NCBI GenBank assembly: GCA_051294905.1
Contig: CM119371.1
Location: 3,598,001 to 3,662,000, forward strand
DNA length: 64,000 nt
Reading direction: 5' to 3'
Origin: Botryllus schlosseri
Taxonomy: Eukaryota
Both the position numbers and the translations under genes were made by a program. Positions 1 through 13,659 of this stretch are shown piece after piece (the first letter of the stretch is position 1; the number at the start of each line of letters is the position of its first letter). Under the pieces are notes generated by a model, which was not told where the DNA came from, did not search any database, and saw only the letters and a program-made list of their open reading frames with translations.

Positions 1-2791
1 CAATCTAATTTGGAAAAATGTATAGCTATAACTACAGTTTTAATCTATTTTGAATAAAGTAACGCGATAATTATAATTCTACCATAAGTTGGAAATAACT
101 GTGTAGCGTCAATTCTAATTCTACTGTATGCTGAAAGAAAATGTAACTATAATTATAATACTAATCAATTTTGCAAAATCAGGAAATCTTCTAGATGACC
201 TAGTCTGACTGGAAATGAATCTGAAATCTTGTCGATTTGCAGAACAACTATTGAGCACATTCAAGACGAAGTTTACGAAAAATTTGTAAGTTGTCACTTG
301 CGATTACCTAGGAAAAGTATTCGACAACCAGTCCCAGTAATAATATTTAAAATGCACATACTCCAGTACTTTTCAAACTTTCATTTACACTATTGCTACA
401 TGCATCCGAGTAAAAAATGAAGAGGATCACTCCAAAATCTGTTCGATAGTCTCTTTAAAAATTATGTGACAACATATTACGATCAATAACTATCTTTATT
501 TCTCCCCCAGCAGCTAAACAATCCCGACGCATTAATTCTCGACCTACGCCGTATTGACATATAAATTCTTCGAGTATCTCATCAAATCTCAGTTTCATAA
601 TACAACAAATATTTCTCCCGATAAAATGAAATCTGTGTGGTATGAATGCAGCAAGTAATCAAGAATTGAAGTGACGCAATTATGCTGAAGATCAACTTCA
701 GTATATATTGACAGAGGTGGTCAGTAACCAACTAACTCCATTTTTTTAAATAATAAAAATACGTTTTGCCCACTTACACTACTTAGTTAAGTAGTTATTA
801 GTTCAGACTACTTCTACTTCTATTTGAAAACTTCAATTTTTTCAGCAAAACTAGGAGTGATATGAAAAGTAAGTTGCGTTTTGATATGAAATGATGCATG
901 ACAGCGCTATTATATTCTTGCAGAATAAACAAAGTCTTTTTTCCACAAAGCTACGTGTGATGCGACGGGTGTCGACGTTATGATGTCACTATCCGACATC
1001 ACATCAGTTAGTATTTTATATCAATTTATATAATACATAGTTTGCGTCACAATATTTCTAAGCTGTTGTTGGAGACCGGATGTGCATGAGAATGGACCGA
1101 CGATGTAATGGAAGGATAAATCTCGACTCTCATTTTAGAACGGCCAGACTTCGTAACATCTACTCACCTCCGATAAAAATCCCAGTCGAGTCGCTGCCAT
1201 GCATCCGGTTCTCGGTACACTGAAATAAGAAATAAGTTCAAAATGCTTCTTAGTAAAAGATGTATTCACCCTATGCGCTGTTCCTGAGCCTATGGCGTAA
1301 TATCTCAAACAGTCATAAGGCTCGAAGAGAGTTGAAATCATCAAAAATATAAATGAATTGTGTCCTACGATACACGGTGGTTTAGTTATGGTAAGTAAGC
1401 GTAATGAACTTGCGCTTATCTACTATTTTAAATCCAAATCCTATTCCTGATGATACATTCATCCAAGTACAAATCCGTATTTTATTTTGTCTCGCGTTCA
1501 TATCCACCTCCAATTCGGTAATGAATGAAACTTGATCAAAAAGTCGCATGAAAATGAAAGTTACGTGAAATTCTAAGTCAAAGTACGGATGAAAATCCAT
1601 CTTCAAATAAATCATAAACCATTATCTAAAGCAGTGGACGAAGGGTGCGACAGGGGGCGATGGCGCGTCAAAACGGCTATATTGGAGTAAAGTTGGAGAA
1701 ATGACATTTTTTTTTAGTCAACCGATGAAAAGTTAGCTGAAACTTCGATATCGAGCCGAAAAGTTGACATTTTGTTTATTCAATCCGCTGGTGATTACAG
1801 TTTGTATGCCCATTTTTCGGTTCACCAAATTTGGGGGGCGATGATCGGTGTGGTGCTTGAAAAGGAGGCGTTGAGTCGAAAAACGTTGGCAGCCCCTGAT
1901 CTGAAGCCAGGCAAAAGAGATGACACGTGACCTCAATACCATAGAGATGCATAGAGTGGATTCGCAAAATAGTGATATTATTTGTTTTAGTTTTCGTTCA
2001 AAAGCGGTGGCTTTCAAAGGGAACATTGTTGCGGCCAAAATGTTTTTCACACTCTCCACTTTCATTTCAGACAACATTATATTTAGAGCGCAGTGTCGTT
2101 TTAATGTGTTATAGTTATGTCAGTGGGCAGTGAAATGAGAAATTAAAGACAATATGATGCCCGGCAGTAGAATGCATATGACATATATCTAATCCGATTA
2201 GATATGGGAATGAGTGAAAGTAACTCTAATCCATTTGTAAAACATTCCCTGCAATATGCAGTTAATTAAATACTTATGTTTTCAATCGATTAAAATCACT
2301 AAATTTATATTCGATTCATATTCGCACCGGCTCCACGTTCTGTGAGATACTTCCCCAGAACGAATATGAACTCGCATATTCGTTTCGTATCAAAGGTAAA
2401 TCGAACAAAGTCATCCCGAATGCTATTTTAAGATTCACAGTACTTGATTAGGTTGAACAAAACGATTTCGGAATTAATGCAATGTTATTGATTATAATTC
2501 AGTTCTACCTAAAAGAATGTACAATGTATATGAATGATGAAATGATTTGTATCAACGCCAATATAAAAAATGGGATACTGTATGACATAAAACCACGAAT
2601 CCTGCCGAGAGATGGTCAGTAACGGAGTAACTCTACTTTATCAGACTACTCAAGTAGTGCTGTCCGCTTACATCGCTTAATCAAGAGGTCACCATTTTAG
2701 ACTACTTCTCTTTCTACTTCTTGTCACAATTGTTAGTCCAAACTATTTACTTTATACAATATTGACTTTGAAAAGTATCGATTTGTTCCTA

Positions 2792-4916
2792 CACTGTAAA
2801 AAATCTGGTAGATTTACTGGGAAATCTCTGTAAATTTTACAACAAATTACCGGTCGCAGCCAATAACTGTGTGTAGCTTGTAATTTTACATTTTGATATG
2901 TGATATTACCTTAGTTTAGCTGTGAAGTCAAGTTGCCAGAATTTCCTCGCAAAATTACTGACAGTTACTCGTAACTGCAGTTTACAAGGCTATTGGGAAG
3001 ATTGATTAGCTTCATAATCGCTGCAGCCAATATATACGTGGAACTGAATGTTACTGATATATCATTCTCGTGGTGATTTGACTTGATTCAACCTCGTTCG
3101 CGAAACTGGGGTCTGTCGTACGGAAATTGTTGGCCCTAGTACCAATTTCAGTATAGTACATAGTAAGTAGGGTACAAGAAACAACTGACAATCGTAGCTA
3201 ATGTAGTTACACCATAGCCATTATAATATATTATAAGGCTATATGGCTATACGGCCGTTCTCGCTGGTTACATTCGTTGTTACCAATGTTACGGATACGG
3301 CTGATAAGTTAGAAAATCAGTTTAGGATGTATAATATCGTTCGGGAAACTAGAAATATCAGCACCGCATGCTCAGTTGACCATTTGCTAATGGCGGACAA
3401 GGCGACCTGTAATAGGTTACAATAGGTTACCGTTACGCGTTACTGGTTTTCTGAGATTTGTAGTAAACAGCCAACGCACAACTGTGACATCACAAGGAGC
3501 GTCTCGTTTAGTAAGTACAGAAAGTAGTGAACAACACTTGGGATAAATATCAATTTATACGAAATTAGACGGAAAAGAAAGGAACTATATGTACTGATAA
3601 ATGTTTCTGTATGAAAGAGAAATAACCTAAGTCAAACATTATAACGTGGCCAGCAAATATTATTGGTGGCATGTCAGCGGATGAATACGACTTATTTCGA
3701 AATCGTTCGAGTGTCGTATCGTTATCTGACCATTATTGAGATTTGAGCAAAGGGTGATGCGAAGCTTGTGCTTGAAGAAAGTGGACACGATCGTGGAAGA
3801 TTCCTAGGAACGCTGAATGGGATACGCATCGTAAAAGGTACAGTACTACATAGTACTTGTTACCGTGAATATCTGCGACTGTGCAATGTGCACACCACTT
3901 TGATTTCATGATTGAAATATTTCATTCTCCGCATTCTCTGTTCTATTTTGGGATACTAGTCGACTTATATAGTGACCTGTGACACCACATACTCCGCCGC
4001 GGAGGAGTTGAAACTGTTGGCTTGTTTATGTCATTTTCGGGCCATAGCATAGAGATGTTTTCATCCACTGCTGGATTTGTTTGGCACACATGCCACCTCA
4101 TATCCAGAGTGGAATTGGTGAGGATGAGGAACCTTTTGCTTCAATACATTGATAACGTAAGTCATGAATCTCTGCTATATCATGTACAAGGCGGAGCCTT
4201 CATCACACAATGTACCAGTACCGGTACTTCAAAACATGTTACCGTATATTTTTGTTTGCCTATTTGTCTTGGTAGTCTTTATAATGTCATGTCTAGGTTA
4301 GGAACTTTGCTTTATATAGCGACTTACTCATGAATTCTTTTTAGTGGAACTGCAAGATACTAGTTACACAGAAGGAATGAGGAAGATAAAAAGAAACAAT
4401 TGGAAGTTTCTCCGGTGGTGGAATTAATTCACCTTTTCTTGCGACCGCTCGTGTTACTGCATGTCTCCTAAAGAAGAATTAGGCCTCCAGCAGCAATTCT
4501 TTTCCATCGATTACCACTTCATCGTGATATCAAGAATGAATATACAGTTTGTTCCAATGTCGTTTTGGGAGTGCGAAGAAAATTTTGCGATATTTTAGCA
4601 TCGGGTTGCTTTGCGATAGGTATGGGTGTGCGTGAATTTACAAGCTGGTATGTATCCTGATTTGCAGGGACAGCATGTAAGTAGGTAGGTAGGTAGGTAG
4701 GTAGGCGGTCTCGGTCTCAAATGTACAGGAGAACATGTAGATTGGATATACCCGGAGGGGACTGTAACATTACAGTCTGTCGTGTAAAGTGAGATTACCG
4801 GACGAGTGTAAGTTGGATTTGCATTGACCAACGGTAATGTTAGATTACCACGAAATGTCTGGCTACCGTGCTTCCAAACATTTCGCGGTAAATCGAGGTT
4901 TTTATTTTTTACAGTG
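2792..4916. mobile_element. Non-autonomous CACTG-ended DNA transposon (EnSpm/CMC-like), copy 1
   Basis: TIRs CACTGTAAAAAA...TTTTTTACAGTG flanked by TA on both sides. A near-collinear second copy lies at 24422-26478. No long ORF. Superfamily is inferred from CAC termini and the 2-bp TSD. Confidence 0.8.
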
Positions 4917-5839
4917 TAGCTCCGTAATCATCATCGTTTTAAGTGAAATTTTTATAGGAGCCGCCTCAAATAGCCCATGTATCACGGTGACTGCATGGAA
5001 ATATCAAAGATTCCACTCACTTGCAGTGTCATTAGTCATTTTGCATTAGCCGCGAAGACATATCTTGCAATTTCGAAAGTAGGTATTTCCTATAAACTGC
5101 TAAAAGTATGCGGCCCTTCGACCAAATCTACTTTTTGGAGCTACTTACTTCACTACATTTCACAATAATACGTTTTCAAGTCAATTTGTGATTTCTTGGA
5201 AATTGCTACTTCTACTTGTATATCAGGAGCAGCTTACGGCGCCATTTATCGTTCTACATGAGTCTTAACTCCGACTACTCTGACTACCTCTAACCATTCA
5301 TGAGCTCGTGTTCGTAACTCTCAGAACCGATAGGAGTCTGCTTGGTAACCAGATGTCGTAAACAAGCTGCATGAGGTATTAAATTTGTTTCATAGTTAGA
5401 AAAGTATATGAAAATGGTTTACAAGTTTCTTTGACTCATCGTCCCCTTATCAAGCTCGACATATCTTTATCACGTAGAGGTATTATCAGCAGCGAAGTAG
5501 TTGTGCTTTTCTGTAGTACTTATTATTATATACTTGTTTCGCTAACTCAAGTAGTTTTGTTCGTATTCTACCTCTACGTCAACAATTTTTTTATGGTGAA
5601 TACTAATTTTTGCATACTTGACATTTTCAAGTGAAGTAGATTTTCACGCACTTCAATGATGCCTTGCTTCGAAATAGATATGCAAGCTCACAATCAGCAA
5701 CTTGTGAGAGATCATGCCTGAATTTTGTACAACGATGAATCGTATCAAGAATGGGATATCGAATGAAACTAAAATTCATGAATACCGTTGGCTATCACGT
5801 AACCCTGGTAACGACACTATGTCATGCATGAAACTAAAG

Positions 5840-6551
5840 CAGTGCTCTTCAACCGGGGTTGTCGTACACACTAGGGTGTACCAGAATTTGCAAAGGGTGT
5901 ACCACTCGGACGGGGTGTACAGGGGTGTACCAGATCCGAATTACAATGAGCCGATGGCTAGCTATCACTATGGCAGGTTTATGGGCCAGTACAGGTTGAC
6001 GCACAGGTTAATGAGCAATATGGTACGATGTTATCTCAGTGTATTACTGTACACCGCATGATTGTGAGGTCATAAGCAAATATTTCTCCTATTCATTTAG
6101 CCGTCGGCAATAGATCAATGTTTCCGTTTGGTGTCGGAAAGTATGCTGTGCTGTGAACAGACATGTGTTCAGCTAGTCATTTGTCTTTTAGTGATGATTG
6201 AGGAAACCGCCGCGATAGCTCAGACTTCCTGGATCGGTACTTCCTACCCAACGTTAATAAATACCGCAATGCACATAAATGAAGTGACGTAGCCAGCCAG
6301 GGTCGAAACAGCTTCCATGTTGAAATCGAAACCCTTTTGTTTTAAAATGCAAATTTTATGTCCGGCTACTGGCTGGAATTGAACCAAATATGGTGTGTAG
6401 GCTTAAGCTAGGTAACCTAACAGTTTTATCAAGTAGCCAGTATGTTTTGAGAAAAAAAGTCATTTTTGAAGACCCCTAATGAACAGGGGTGTACGAGTTT
6501 TGAGCAAACGTTAAAAGGGTGTACCACGTCGAAAAATGTTGAAGAGCACTG
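5840..6551. mobile_element. hAT (Charlie/Buster-like) MITE
   Basis: TIR CAGTGCTCTTCAAC...GTTGAAGAGCACTG with perfect 8-bp TSD AACTAAAG (5832-5839 and 6552-6559). Confidence 0.85.
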
Positions 6552-6626
6552 AACTAAAGCCCCATGATTTCTGGCGTTAGTAACGAATTAGACCTGAATT
6601 GACCATTTCATTCAAAGTGATAGCGC

Positions 6627-6872
6627 TTATTTAATATACCTAATTAAACGTATCTGAGATACGATGCAACCACACAATGACTCACAGTATAAAACTTCCA
6701 ACTCAGTATCGAGATCCTTTTGGAGTTTCTGCAATTCGGCTCCTTTTAACATATCATCTTCATCCCAGTATATCAATGCTACTTTCTTCAAATTGGAGTT
6801 GTTGACGAGAGACGAAATATCATCGAGTGAAGGACGGCATCCTTTTCGGAATATGCATCTGATATATTCGAT
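6627..6872 (-). CDS. Putative distal coding exon of the NLR gene (degenerate LRR-like region)
   Basis: Acceptor ttcttgctgcag| at 6872, phase 0: IEYIRCIFRKGCRPSLDDISSLVNNSNLKKVALIYWDEDDMLKGAELQKLQKDLDTELEVLY. It either runs to the stop at 6627 or splices at GTGAGT after 6686. Confidence 0.45.
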   Translation of the reverse strand: MEYIRCIFRKGCRPSLDDISSLVNNSNLKKVALIYWDEDDMLKGAELQKLQKDLDTELEVLYCESLCGCIVSQIRLIRYIK

Positions 6873-9488
6873 CTGCAGCAAGAAATTATGACTATTAATA
6901 TTGTGTATTACAATGATGCTTACCACTATTGTTGACCATTTCACCAGGGGCCATCATCTATTACAATATACTTTGGATCACCAGTTTGGACGGTTTAGTC
7001 TGACCCGCTAGGCGATTCTGAAAAAATGGCCGTATTATCCGACACATTTCTAATACATGTTGAGATATTTAGTCGGAAACACTTACATTCTCTCAAGTCA
7101 GAAAATGTTGAGCATGTTCATAGGCCACATTATAACCATCCGACCGTGTGGTTGAGGTTACACTGTAGTCACCATCAGCAACAAGTCACTGCCATATGGA
7201 TACTAGTGTAACCATAAATCCTCTTTTCTTTTTTGACTTTTTTTTTTAAAGTGATCTGGCAACTGTAGGTGTGTTACCTTTTTTCAAATATCATCGGCTT
7301 ACTTGTCAAATTGTCTAAAACAGCGGTGCACACCAAATTTGACTCAACTCCAACCAGTGGAAGCCGAGGTCGGTCAAATTGAAATTGAAACAATAGTATT
7401 TACGGTGACCAATTTTGTCACACAGACATGATCAAAAATAGTGTTCCAGGTACGCCCCGTGGCAGGGATGTCTTTTTCACTTGTTTTCATCTTGATACAA
7501 GCCTAGGGTGGCTTTTGGATTAAGACATCGCCAGTAAACGAAACAAATATACGACACAGTCTACCTGGAAATTGGTCCACTTCGTTGAAATAGACATGTC
7601 AAAACGATGGTGAGATAATTTTCAAATAGAGTTGGCCTACTTTACACACCGAAATTAACAACCACGAAAAGAAAATGAACGAAGGAGCAGCTAAAATCCA
7701 AGTAAATATATTTCTCAAGTGATCTATATTGTTGGGCTGTCCAATGTAAATTTCAACACGATACAATTTGATATTATATGATATTTTAATAATTGATCTG
7801 CACCACTCCTACAGTACTATGAACTTATAGGCACCGTGACAGATCTTCTTCCTATCAAAAGTTATCGTCCACTATTCATGCCATCCTCCTCCATATTCAG
7901 TTACTGTAATCTAATTGAGTCCATGTATCGTGGTAAAACACCAATGCCTTTTATAACTCTATGACAAGGGGGTCCTGGTGACATTAAAAGACCAGAAAAT
8001 TACTAATGTGCTTAATAAGCTCACTGGATTACCATTTGGTTACCATGAATCTCGCATATGTGAAGTATCAGAAATGTTTTTCAACTCATAAATACTATTC
8101 AGTGGCACAGCCCGTTCTGAATTACAATCGGTACCATTTTCAACGCCCTGGATCAGTCAATGTCAAACAGTAGAGAAATATCCGAACACTGAGCTGCTGA
8201 GGAATGCAACTGATGTCTCTGTGGATGAGGTTTTGGTAATGGCGACTTTGCAATCGGTAAAAACTTTGAATCGAGGCAGAGAGTATGCCCTGCATAGCTA
8301 GGATAGATTTCATCAAATTTAAATTTGCCTGACAAAAAATACTTCTAGATAGGATTATCACTTGAGAAATACATTTACATGTATTTTACCTTCTTGTCAG
8401 TTCATTTTCTTTTCGTGGTCGTTAATTTTAGTGTGTTAAGTACTATATTTGAAAATTATCGCACCATCGTTTTAACTTGTCTATTTCAATGAAGTGGACC
8501 AATTTTCAGGTAATCCGATGTCGCCATTCAAACCCCACCCTAGGACCTTGTCAAGATCAAAACAAGCGGAAAAGACATTCCTGCCACTTCATGCGTACCT
8601 GAAAAACGATTTTGGTGATGTCGGTATGACGAAACCGGTCACCGCAAATACTATTACTTCGAAAATGACCGAAATTTCAATTTGAGTGACCTCGGCTTCT
8701 ACTGGTTGGAATTGAGTCAAATTTGGCGTGCAACATTTTTTTATGTAACCTGACAATTTGACAACCAAGCCGATAAAATTTAAAAAAAAAAGTTTTTTTC
8801 AACACCCCTAAGGAGCACGCTCAAATGCCCTCTTTTTGAGAATTTGTCCTCTTTTTTGAAAATTATGGTAAAATGTATGTGAAAATTCAACTGGAAATAA
8901 GTACGGAAGTAACGATCCGGCAGGTCTTTCGAGAGTTGAGCCAGAAAGGTGACCTTTTTTCTTTAACCAACTACAAACATGGATTAAATTAACCATTTTT
9001 CCGGATTTTACTCCGGTATTGTAAGTATGAATTTTTTTAAAGGTGTCCATTTCAGATTCCCAAAATGTGGTAACCCTAATTGACACTAAATTCCGAAATT
9101 ACGATTTAAAAAAAAAGCAATCATTGCAATATGCCAAGGTATATCGTCGATAAAGCCTCTGTTTAGCAATTTATTTTTGTGTAAAACGAGGGCATTGATT
9201 TTGAAGCAATCTTTGGAATCATTTTACTACCAGCCCGCGAGTGCTCTGAAGGTTCGAATTTGACCCGCAACACCAGTTGAATTTGACACCCCTGCTTTAG
9301 ATGAGCAATTTACCAGGAATCACGAACTCCGCAACTGCGGTGGATATCTCGGGCATGGAATATAAGTTTATTCATGTGGAGGGGACTCGTAGGCCTACTG
9401 TGCGGCAGAATTCTATGATAAACGTGCAATGGTGGGAGAAGAACGTTCAATATATCCAATGAAGCTAATACTGGATGATAAGTACTAC

Positions 9489-9656
9489 CTTCTTTTGCTG
9501 ACAAGCTTCCAACGTCTTCCAGAATTCATCTGCTTCTCCAACGTAAAACATGGCATGGATATTGCCAAAAACGGAAATTGCTGTCCTGCGCTCCAAAATT
9601 CGGCTGTAATCCTGGTCAGGTATCAGGCCATTCACGGCAATATCCAGGAGATCCAA
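9489..9656 (-). CDS. Putative NLR exon (168 nt, two 28-aa units)
   Basis: Acceptor cacattttag|, donor AAG|GTAGTA, phase 0-0. Translation LDLLDIAVNGLIPDQDYSRILERRTAISVFGNIHAMFYVGEADEFWKTLEACQQKK. Confidence 0.5.
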
Positions 9657-9798
9657 CTAAAATGTGAAAACAGTTATTCCCAGACTTTAATATAGCCGCC
9701 AAAGAAATGATTGGGTTCGAAGTCATATAAAATGATAGGTAAATATAAAGCTAATAAAGGCATTTAAAAATACTTTGGGAATAGAATCAGGATCGTAC

Positions 9799-9882
9799 TT
9801 GATACTTTTTCCAGCAAGTCTCAATCAACGACCAATCGATGTTTTCTTCTTCTTCCGTGCAATTGAGCAGGATCTTGCTTAT
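9799..9882 (-). CDS. Putative NLR exon (84 nt, one 28-aa unit)
   Basis: Acceptor tgtgttcag|, donor CAA|GTACGA, phase 0-0. Translation ISKILLNCTEEEENIDWSLIETCWKKYQ. Confidence 0.5.
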
Positions 9883-10790
9883 CTGAACACAATATTGATT
9901 TCATTAGGTAATATGACGTAATTGTCTTGATGTTTTCTCATTTGAATAATTATTCATATTGGTAGAGTTCAATACTGATTCGTTAGAATTCTTCGGTTCT
10001 CCATAATGCATTTGCTACATCGGTTTCAGTCTCATTCCAGAGTTTGATATCTTTTAAAAATATACTTCTATCCATTGTACAAACGTATCATATAGAAGGT
10101 GGTGGTCAAACCAGTCACCGTCGTTACTCAAGTAGAAGTGAGAGTAGCGATATACAATTAAGTAAAATATAATTATTGTAGGCCTAGTTTCGCGTAAAAA
10201 TGATAACTGCCTAATAGAAGTAGTCTGAAATCTTAGCTACTTGAGTATGTAGGACAAGTAGATAAATCTACCTGAAGTGCTACGACAAGTAGAAGTAATT
10301 CGTTACTGACCACCTCTAGATAAATGCTGTAAGGAACGCTGGATAGCGTATGTAGCGATTTCGCTTATGTTTACGCAAAGGTTGAATTTTACCAGAGCAG
10401 TAAAACATATACAACATACCCTATTTTTAATATTATCTACCTGCTTTCGAAACCTAGATTTTGAGCAGGCATTGTTGCTTTTCAACTGAAACTACGCCAA
10501 TGCTTGAGCGCACATTGCGAGATGATCAGTAGCAATCTGCTTCTACTTCTTAAAAGTATGTGTCTGATGTAACGATTTCACTTATGAAATTGATGCAAAA
10601 TTATATCAGAAACATGTACTGCACTCTAAAATGATGTGGTCTCAAATAGAAGGGCAAAACGAAAACAAATATTTGGCTCCAGCCGTTTTCTTCAGAACGC
10701 CGCCGTAGTGAAGCTGCAATTTAATGAAATTTCAGCACGACCTTCACGCTTCAGCAGTCATTCAGAGATCGAACTTTATATAGTTGTCAG

Positions 10791-13272
10791 CATAAGCGCC
10801 GACTTTTATTTATTTACGAGGTGGCGAAGTCTTGTGACGTCATAATTGTTCCATATCGATGACGTCATCGTCGCACGAAAACGTACTTTACCACATGCCG
10901 CTGGTGTGCGTGCAGCGTTAAACCATTCGCGTGACATTTTAATACTGGCCTTGCACTCATTAATATCAAACCATGCAGTCGAGATATTAAATGGAATCTA
11001 AAACGGTACGATCATTTGAAGTGTTGAAGTGCCGTCCGACGGAATCTACAGTTGCATCGATGTTATTCACGCGCAAGGCGCAATGCCCAGTGCGACAGTG
11101 TGACTATAACGACAGTGTGACTGACGACAGTGTGACTAACGGAATACACTACGCACTGGCCTCGCAAGTAACACACGACAACCCTCGAATACTTCAAGCA
11201 GACAATGATGATGATTACAAACGCGAAATTGCGCAGCCAATCAATAATTGTCTATTATGGTCTCTTGCTTTGCGTTGACCAACTCGCATCGCGGCAATTG
11301 TTTGATGATTAAGACATCCGTGCATTTCCCGATTCAAGTTCGCGTAGCATTTCGGGAGTACATCGGTCAATTCGTAAATTCAATCGGCATGTCGACAGCC
11401 GCCAACGCATACTAATTGAATTACGTGTTGACGGCCGCCCAAATTTCGTTTTACGGCCGCGGGTTGGCCACCCTTGGGCTAGAAATAATTCCACTTTCGG
11501 AGGCATGCCGCGATCTTACCAATAGAAATCCACTGTCTATCTAATGCCTAATAGTTTAATATTCGATAATGTTATTCTCGATAGGAGTACATCCAGCAAT
11601 CATCAAGTTTATCGGAATGTAAAAGGTTCCCTGTTCAAACGAATCAAATAAATCAGAATTTGTGCCACCCGTGATGCATCACGTTAATAATGAAAGGAAG
11701 ACTGAAAAATGACTTTGTGCGACAATTTCGGAGTACAAATGTATCAAGTAGATAACAAGAAATATGGATGAAGGCAAATAAGAAAGCGTGTAATCTAATC
11801 AGTATCGCCACGAATCGGTTGTGAGTGTGACACTGTATTGAGTGGCTTTCGTCGCGACAATTGTTTTCTCATTATATCGGTGTTTAAGCTGTATTGCTGC
11901 ATCTCCCGTTTAATGTCACGGGCAAAATCAATCTGCGACGAAATTAATTCCAATTTGCAGGCACACACCAACACACCCTCCAATTCCGCGCTACAATTAC
12001 CTATCACGAAGCTAGCTAGCTCATGAATGGTTTTGTAAACGAATATGGGTGCACATAATTTAGATTTTAGAAAAGCAGAACGTATATTTGGGCGCTTGGT
12101 CGGATGAGAAGATCTAGGATGGTGCTACTCAGCACACGCTAGGCGCGTAGTCAGTCGAAAAATTAGGGGGATTTGGATTTTTTTCAAATTTGCCGATATA
12201 GCATCAAATCAATTAGGGGTCAAGTACATGCGTAAATGGCGATCATATAATCTCTTCGTGTCGACGATTTTAGGCGTATGATAAGCTTGCCAGAGTCCGG
12301 AATTGCTGTCAATTAGCGAGTCACTGATCTCTGGTGAACAATTAAATACGCGCGAGTATTACGCAGTCACGGCGACAGTTTTCGCAAATAAAAATGTCCG
12401 AACTTGATTGCCCCGATTTCAAACCTTTGTCGTATTTCAGAACTCAAGACATGATACACATCTGCTTGTCGTTACGTTCTAGTATAGTATTAGGGGGAGT
12501 AAATTTCGCACGTTAAAGTCTGTTTGCAGCGATTTGATGTTATTCAGTTTCGCGGTGTCGCTTTTCAATCAATATGACATAAAACAACAACTAATTAGCG
12601 TAAATTCGACTGCATTGTCTCGAAACCAGCGACAGACAGGAACCAAAGCAAGCTAGGCCCGAGATGTGATAGTTAGGCCATACGCCAGCGATGATATCTT
12701 TCACTCCAGGCCTATTACAGATGCTATTGTGTATACGTCAGCGATTATATCGTGCACATTTAAGCGATGATATAGTGTGAACTGGGCCCATTGCAGATGC
12801 GATTGTTGAAACCTGCGGAACCAGGCTTGATCGACAAGAGATAAATCAGGCTAGCGACGATTGCCGCACACGGGAATGAATGACCTAATTCCGCGACCAT
12901 TTCAGCGCGAGATAATCACAGATTCTTCGCGCTAATTGACAACACGTTTCTCGCGAACCCGCCACGCGGAACACTGTTTACACAATTATTGAATTGCAAC
13001 TGTTGCAATTGCAAGAGTTAGAATGATCATTTCAAAATGACGGGGTTTCGCGTTTCAAGTAGGTAAGTTCGACCCCGTGGCTACGCGCCTGGCACAAGCG
13101 CGTATCGAAATCGAAGACGTCTCTAACGAGGTCGCATCGATTCGCCTGATTACTAATTTCTGGTCACAAATCACTTGGGCGTTTGAGCATTTTTTACGAG
13201 GTGGCCGCCACCTCGTAAATATGGTCACGAGGTGGCTGCGCCACCTCGTAACCTCGTAATTCGGCGCCTATG
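10791..13272. mobile_element. Non-autonomous hAT-type transposon
   Basis: TIR CATAAGCGCCGA...TCGGCGCCTATG with subterminal ACGAGGTGGC repeats. Perfect 8-bp TSD GTTGTCAG (10783-10790 and 13273-13280). Confidence 0.8.
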
Positions 13273-13659
13273 GTTGTCAGCCAATTTTATGAAGGAAATA
13301 TGTCGTACACGTCAAGGTGGTTTAGATTCCGCGTTCAACGGAAGATGCTCAGTGAGGAGATTTATGTCAAAATCGGGCCTAGTGTATTCTATTTCTTCAG
13401 GACAGAAATAGATGATGCTCAACAATTTTCTTATGAATAAACAATATTTTATGCATAAGAATAAGACATGATTCTAGACTACTTTTACGCAAAATTGCTT
13501 ACTTTTCACGGAATGGATTTTGAGAGATAGAAAGTGGTTTTGTGTTACGTTTGTATCACTGTGATGTGTGAAACCGTCTCAAGAAATCGCAATAGACGTC
13601 ATGGTAACTTGAATCTAATTTCCAAGATTATACAAATTTGCAATAATAATCATTTTTAG

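Noticed and set aside
1135..1630. Short minus-strand ORFs as further exons
   Set aside because: Phases and splice sites could not be reconciled and no domain is recognisable. Left uncalled.
8140..8361. Possible additional NLR exon after the acceptor at about 8328
   Set aside because: Both open frames run to stops without a convincing donor or motif, and it cannot be placed consistently between neighbouring exons.
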